The translations under genes and the position numbers were made by a program. From Anaeramoeba ignava BMAN (lineage: Eukaryota; Protista; Anaeramoebae), in the NCBI GenBank assembly GCA_028826165.1, contig JAPDFW010000088.1:1-64000 (forward strand): 64,000 nucleotides of DNA, written 5' to 3'. This document shows positions 58,639 to 64,000 of the stretch, one piece after another. Under the pieces are notes generated by a model. That model made no database searches. It was not told the origin of the DNA and saw only the letters and a program-made list of their open reading frames with translations. Each line of letters opens with the position of its first letter. Position 1 is the stretch's first letter.

Positions 58639-59340
58639 ATGTCAACAACAAAAACCCAAAAAAAAACGAAATCAAAAAAGCAAAAAAAACTTGCTACACG
58701 TAAAAAGCGGATTGAAACATTTAAAAGAAACCGATGGTATATGGGATTTTCACTTTGCGAAGAAAAAAAAAGCAAAAAAAAAGATAAAAAAACGGACGAA
58801 GTTGTGAATAGTAACGAATTAAAAGTACGATTTCGTGAACAAGAATTCCGAGTTCGCCTGGCTATAATTGAAGCACCTGAGAAGACAAGCGAAGATCACA
58901 AGAAATACAAGCGAGGGATCAAACGGTTACTTAAAGGAAGTTTTTCAGTTTTTGTTCGAAATGTTAACGACAATAATATCCCTAATGTAGATATCATACA
59001 CGGAAGTGGTACACATCCAAAGCGCCCTTGGGATTCTCCTAATAGATGGTTGCAGGCTACTTTGCTTAAGGCTCAGATCGTTAAAAGAGCTCCTGATAAT
59101 AATACTGAAAGTCAAAGAGTTATTGATATTCATTTATCTAAATTTAAAAAAAATCAAGAAAAAAAAAAAAGAAAAGAACAAAATGATTTACAAGAACAAG
59201 AAAAAAAAAGAAAAAAAAATCTGAAAAATTCTAATTCTAATCTAGATTCTGATAATAGTCTTTCTGAAAGTGACAGTCAAAGCGAAAGTGAAAGTGAAAA
59301 AGAAAAAGAAAAAGGAAAAGGAAAAAGAAAACAAAATTAA
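58639..59340 (+). CDS. Basic 233-aa protein with a degenerate staphylococcal-nuclease (SNase) fold-like core
   Basis: Intact ORF. VVNSNELKV...RVRLAIIEAPE...LLKG...NDNNIPNVDI...LQATLLKAQIV parallels the SNase consensus V.DGDT..V...VRL.GIDAPE...D.YGR..A.V...N..LL..G.A. Confidence 0.6.
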   Translation: MSTTKTQKKTKSKKQKKLATRKKRIETFKRNRWYMGFSLCEEKKSKKKDKKTDEVVNSNELKVRFREQEFRVRLAIIEAPEKTSEDHKKYKRGIKRLLKGSFSVFVRNVNDNNIPNVDIIHGSGTHPKRPWDSPNRWLQATLLKAQIVKRAPDNNTESQRVIDIHLSKFKKNQEKKKRKEQNDLQEQEKKRKKNLKNSNSNLDSDNSLSESDSQSESESEKEKEKGKGKRKQN

Positions 59341-59344
59341 ATTT

Positions 59345-60600
59345 TGATTTTCAATTTCAATATCAAAATCAATATCAAAATCAAAATCAAAATCAAAATC
59401 AAAATCAAAATCAAAATCAATATCAATATCAATATCAATATAAATATCAATATCAAAATCAATATCAAAATCAAAATCAAAATCAATATCAATATCAATA
59501 TCAATATCAATATCAATATCAATATAAATATCAATATCAATATAAATATATTAATATAAATATCAATATCAATATAAATATATTAATATAAATATCAATA
59601 TCAATATAATATAAATATAAATATAAATATCAATATAAATATAAATATAAATATAAATATATAAATATAAATATAAATATAAATATCAATATAAATATAA
59701 ATATAAATATCAATATCAATATAAATATAAATATCAATATTATTAATATCAATATCAAATATCAATATAAATATCAATATCAATATCAAAATCAATATCA
59801 AAATCAAAAATCAAAATCAAAATCAAAAATCAAAATCAAAATCAAAAAAATCAATATAAATATCAATATCAATATAATATAATAAAATATAAAATATAAA
59901 TATAAATATAAAATATCAATATAAATAAAATATAAATATAAATATAAATATCAATATAAATATAAATATCAATATCAATATAAATATCAATATCAATATC
60001 AATATCAATATAAATATCAATATCAATATAAATATCAATATAAATATCAATATCAATATCAATATCAATATCAATATAAATATCAATATCAATATCAATA
60101 TCAATATCAATATCAATATAAATATAAATAAAAATCAATTCAATATAAAATATAAATATCAATTTCAAAATTAAAATCAAAATCAAATAAATATCAATAT
60201 AAATATCAATATCAATATATCAATATAAATATAAATATAAATATCAATATCAATATCAATATCAATATAAATATCAATATCAATATAAATATCAATATAA
60301 ATATCAATATAAATATCAATATAAATATAAATATCAATATCAATATAAATATCAATATAAATATAAATATAAATATAAATATAAATATAAATATCAATAT
60401 CAATATCAATATTAATATCAATATCAATATAAATATAAATAATTTCAAATTTTAATATCAATATCAATATAAATATAAATATAAATAATTTCAAATTTTA
60501 ATATCAATATCAATTTCAATATCAATATCAATATCAATATCAATATCAATATCAAAATTAAAATCAATTTCAAAATTAAAATCAATTTCAATTCCAATTT
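59345..60600. repeat. (AATATC/AATATA/AAAATC)n hexamer tract, intergenic
   Basis: Visible hexamer periodicity; source of the IDID/ININ ORFs. Confidence 0.92.
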
Positions 60601-60708
60601 TAATTCCAATTTCAATTTTAGTTTTTATGCTTCTTAAATTCTTTAAATAAAAAAATTTATTTTTATCTAAAATTTTTTTTCATTTTTTTTTTCATTTTTT
60701 TTTCTAAT

Positions 60709-61497
60709 ATGGATGATACACAATTACAAACAGGAAATAAAGTTTTTGGAGCAAACAAACCTTTTGAAATCCTTGAGAAAGGAATACAAATTTTAATACA
60801 AGATGTTGAAAAATTTATAGAAAACACAACACAAGATGTTTGAAAGAAAAATAACAAAAAAGAAAAAAAAAAAGCAATTAAATTCCTTTATAAAAATAAA
60901 TAAAAAAATTTACAAATAAAAAATTAGTTTGAAATGAAAGATGTAAAAGATTTTATTCCAGAAAAAACAGTTCATGATAAAGTTGAAAATGTGTCAAAAA
61001 ATGTAGAAAAAATTGTAACGTTTTTAAAAGATTATTTAAGTTTTATTGGAAATGCAAGAAAAGATATTGAATTTGGAGCAACAAGTGTTTTTGGAATGAA
61101 AGAAGCAATTATTCAAATGATTTCAATTCTTCGCAAAGAATCTGATGAAACAGATAAAAAACTTGAGAATTTATTTTCTCAAAGTCAAGAATTAAAATGG
61201 GATGATTTACAATCAAAAATTGATGGATTAAATCAAAAAGAACTTGAAATTCAACAAAAATTCATTGAATTGAAAAAAAAAGAATTACTTTTAAAACAAA
61301 AAGAACAAATTTTGGAAGAAAAACAAATTCATTTAGAACAAACTCATTCAAAACAAGAAATGCTTTCTGTTTTTTTGGAAAAATGGGATAAAGAATTAAA
61401 AACTGGTAATAAAAATGTTAAAAGATCTCCAAAATCTCAAACTCAAACTCCGAAAACAAGATCAAATTTAAAAAAAGATCAACATTTAAAGAATTGA
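60709..61497 (+). CDS. Uncharacterised coiled-coil protein. Exons 60709-60837, 60928-61497
   Basis: MDDTQLQTG...ENTTQD|GTTTGA...TTAG|FEMKDVK joins in frame; heptad-rich C-terminal half. Confidence 0.7.
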
Positions 61498-61907
61498 ATT
61501 TTAAAGAATTATTTTAAAGAATTATTTTAAAGAATTATTTTAAAAGAATTATTTTTAAAGAATTATTTCAAAAGAATTATTTTAAAAGAATTATTTAAAA
61601 GAATTATTTCAAAAGAATTGAATTTAAAGAATTATTTTTAAAAGAATTATTTTAAAAGAATTGAATTTTAAAAGAATTATTCTAAAGAATTATTTTAAAG
61701 AATTATTTTAAAGAATAAAAGAATTATTTCAAAAGAATTATTTTAAAAGAATTATTTTTAAAGAATTATTTTAAAAGAATTGAATTTAAAGAATTAATTT
61801 TAAAGAATTATTTTAAAAGAATTATTTTAAAGAATTGAAATTTTAAAGAATTATTTTAAAGAATTATTTCAAAAGAATTATTTTAAAGAATTATTTTAAA
61901 AGAATTG
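61489..61907. repeat. ~14-15-bp tandem repeat AAGAATTATTTTAA starting at the stop codon of the upstream gene
   Basis: Visible tandem repeat; a variant AAGAATTGAATTT overlaps the TGA stop at 61495-61497. Confidence 0.88.
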
Positions 61908-62002
61908 TTTTTTTTTTCTTTTTTGGAATTCAGTAAAAAATTTTTTTTCATTTTTCATTTTTCATTTTTCATTTTTCATTTTTTTCCTTTTTTCCTTTTT
62001 AA

Positions 62003-64000
62003 ATGTCTTCATTATTTTTTAAATTTTTATTTTCTCCAATTCAAAAAATATTCAATCAAGTTAATTTTAAATCAATTTTAAATCAATTTTATATCAATTT
62101 TAAATCAATTTTAAATCAATTTTATATCAATTTTAAATTAATTTTATATCAAATTTAAATCAATTTTAAATCAATTTTAAATCAATTTTAAATCAATTTT
62201 ATATCAATTTTAAATAAATTTAAATTAATTTTATATCAATTTTAAATCAATTTTATATTAATTTTATATCAATTTTATATCAAATTTATATTAATTTTAA
62301 ATCAATTTTAAATCAATTTTAAATCAATTTTAAATTAATTTTAAATGAAAATTTAGATTACAAACATTTTATCTTCAATTATCCATAAAATTTTCGATAC
62401 TTTACAAATCAAGAAAAATCTACAAAGATTATTAAATTTCATCTTAACAATAATTTCATTTCAAGTGAGAACATTTATAAGAATAACAATAATTGTGATT
62501 ATAGCAATTTCATTTTTAGTTACATCAATAATAATATATATAATATTTTATCGAGCATATGTTCCTTATATAAAACTTTCAGCACCAGTTTATTTCCAAT
62601 ATTATAACGATAAACCTTATGCAGAACTTGATTTATTTGAAAAATTTTATCAAAAAAAAGATTCAACAGGTTCTGTTCTCAGAAGAGGTCAATCTTATAC
62701 TATTAAAAACACTATTATTCTCCCAACTTCTCCTCATAATTTGGATCATGGAATTTTTATGCTTAATGCTTCTTTGCTTTCTTTTGGAAATTCTCTTATT
62801 TCTTCTTCAGCAAGACCTGTGAATTAATTTTAATTTTAATATTAATTTTAATTTTAATTTGAATATTAATTTTTTATCCGAATTTGAATTTTAATTTTAA
62901 TTTTAATTTTTAATTTTAATTTTAATTTGAATTTTAATTTTAATTTGAATTTTAATTTGAATTTTAATTTTAATTTGAATTTTAATTTTAATTTTAATTT
63001 TAATTTTAATTTTTAATTTTTAATTTTAATTTTAATTTTAATTTTAATTTTAATTTTAATTTTAATTTTAATTTTAATTTTTAATTTTTAATTTTAATTT
63101 TAATTTTTTTAATTTTTTATCCGAATTTTAATTTTAATTTTAATTTTAATTTTAATTTTAATTTTAATTTTAATTTTAATTTTAATTTTAATTTTAATTT
63201 AATTTTAATTTGAATTTTAATTTTAATTTTAATTTTAATTTTAATTTTAATTTTAATTTTAATTTTAATTTTAATTTTAATTTTTTATCCGAATTTGAAT
63301 ATTAATTTGAATTTTAATTTTAATTTTAATTTTAATTTTTTAGTATTTAATGATTTATTCATCTCCTTTTATCCAAAAATTGAAAGTTTTCGTACTTTCT
63401 TTTTTCTATTTAATTGGCTTGAAAAAAGAACAACAAACTTTAGTTGCAATTCTTTATGAAAATTTTATTGAAAATAAAGTTTGTTTTCCTTTTAAAATTT
63501 TTATTAATATGGAAAATTAATCGAAAACAAAATTTTCTTTTAAATTCAATAAATAGAATCAACCTTTATCAAAAATAATATTTGAATTATCAAATTCAAC
63601 AGTTAATATTTATAGTTCTAAAATTGAATTTATAGCGAATTTAAAAGGATTTCGGTAAAAGATTTTAAATTTAAAAATTTGAAAAGTAAAATTAATTTAA
63701 AATGAAATAAAATTCAATTAAATTTAAAACAATTTTAGATATTGGTGTTATCATTGGTTTTTTAGTTCAATGTTTATTGGTGTTATTGTAATATTCTTTG
63801 CTCAATGGTTCTTTCTTATTTTATTGCTTGTTTTTTATAAGATAAAAGTTTATCAAACAAAACTTGATTCACAAGTTACAGAAGTTGATTTTCATTTTAA
63901 CATTCCAAAAAATAATTCAGAAAAAAAAAAGAAAAAGATTAATAATTTTTCCAATTTAAAAAATACGAATCTTGATTTAAATGATAATAATAATAATAAT
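62003..64000 (+). CDS. BSCL2: Seipin (lipid-droplet biogenesis), partial at the 3' end. Exons 62003-62059, 62357-62818, 63344-63478, 63557-63654, 63739->64000
   Basis: TM1 then FYRAYVP...PVYFQY...LRRGQSY...LPTSPHNLDHGIFML...SSARP...KEQQTL...IYSSKIEFIANLKGFRYWCYHWFFSSMFIG (TM2), the seipin pattern. Junctions are phase-consistent. Confidence 0.9.

Overview
Extremely AT-rich, intron-containing eukaryotic DNA in the standard genetic code. The gene families (many BTB, TLDc and ankyrin genes) and poly-NQ tracts suggest a protist such as Anaeramoeba, which is an inference. The window has two parts. (1) 1-21.6 kb is an accessory, repeat-rich block: a long ankyrin-repeat gene, two paralogous BTB-coiled-coil-TLDc genes in a direct segmental duplication, a BTB-BACK-coil-ARM gene built from one-repeat-per-exon modules, and three arrays of a ~144-bp satellite that share one head sequence. 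The BTB-ARM gene is interrupted by an intact-looking 5,098-bp DNA transposon (6927-12024). It has perfect 27-bp TIRs, AG...CT termini and a TTAA target duplication. After removing two short introns it encodes one ~1,230-aa protein: Zn finger + Kolobok-type DDE transposase + Ulp1/SENP-like (clan CE) cysteine protease. This protease-carrying Kolobok-like element is the main novelty candidate. (2) 21.7-64 kb is mostly housekeeping genes, many missed or fragmented by the ORF track because of introns: RPS28 with an N-terminal extension, COG3, a TPX2-like protein, a BTB-BACK protein, a protein with 5 PH-like domains, a TMX3-like PDI, SEC20, a CDK9/12-like kinase, a Varp-like VPS9 protein, RAB1, RFC1, RPL15, a degenerate SNase-fold protein, a coiled-coil protein and seipin. 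Many introns are inflated by intron-specific tandem repeats and end in A-rich AAG acceptors. Several single-base frameshifts fall in homopolymers or microsatellites and are probably consensus errors. All exon boundaries were read by eye and need RNA-seq confirmation.
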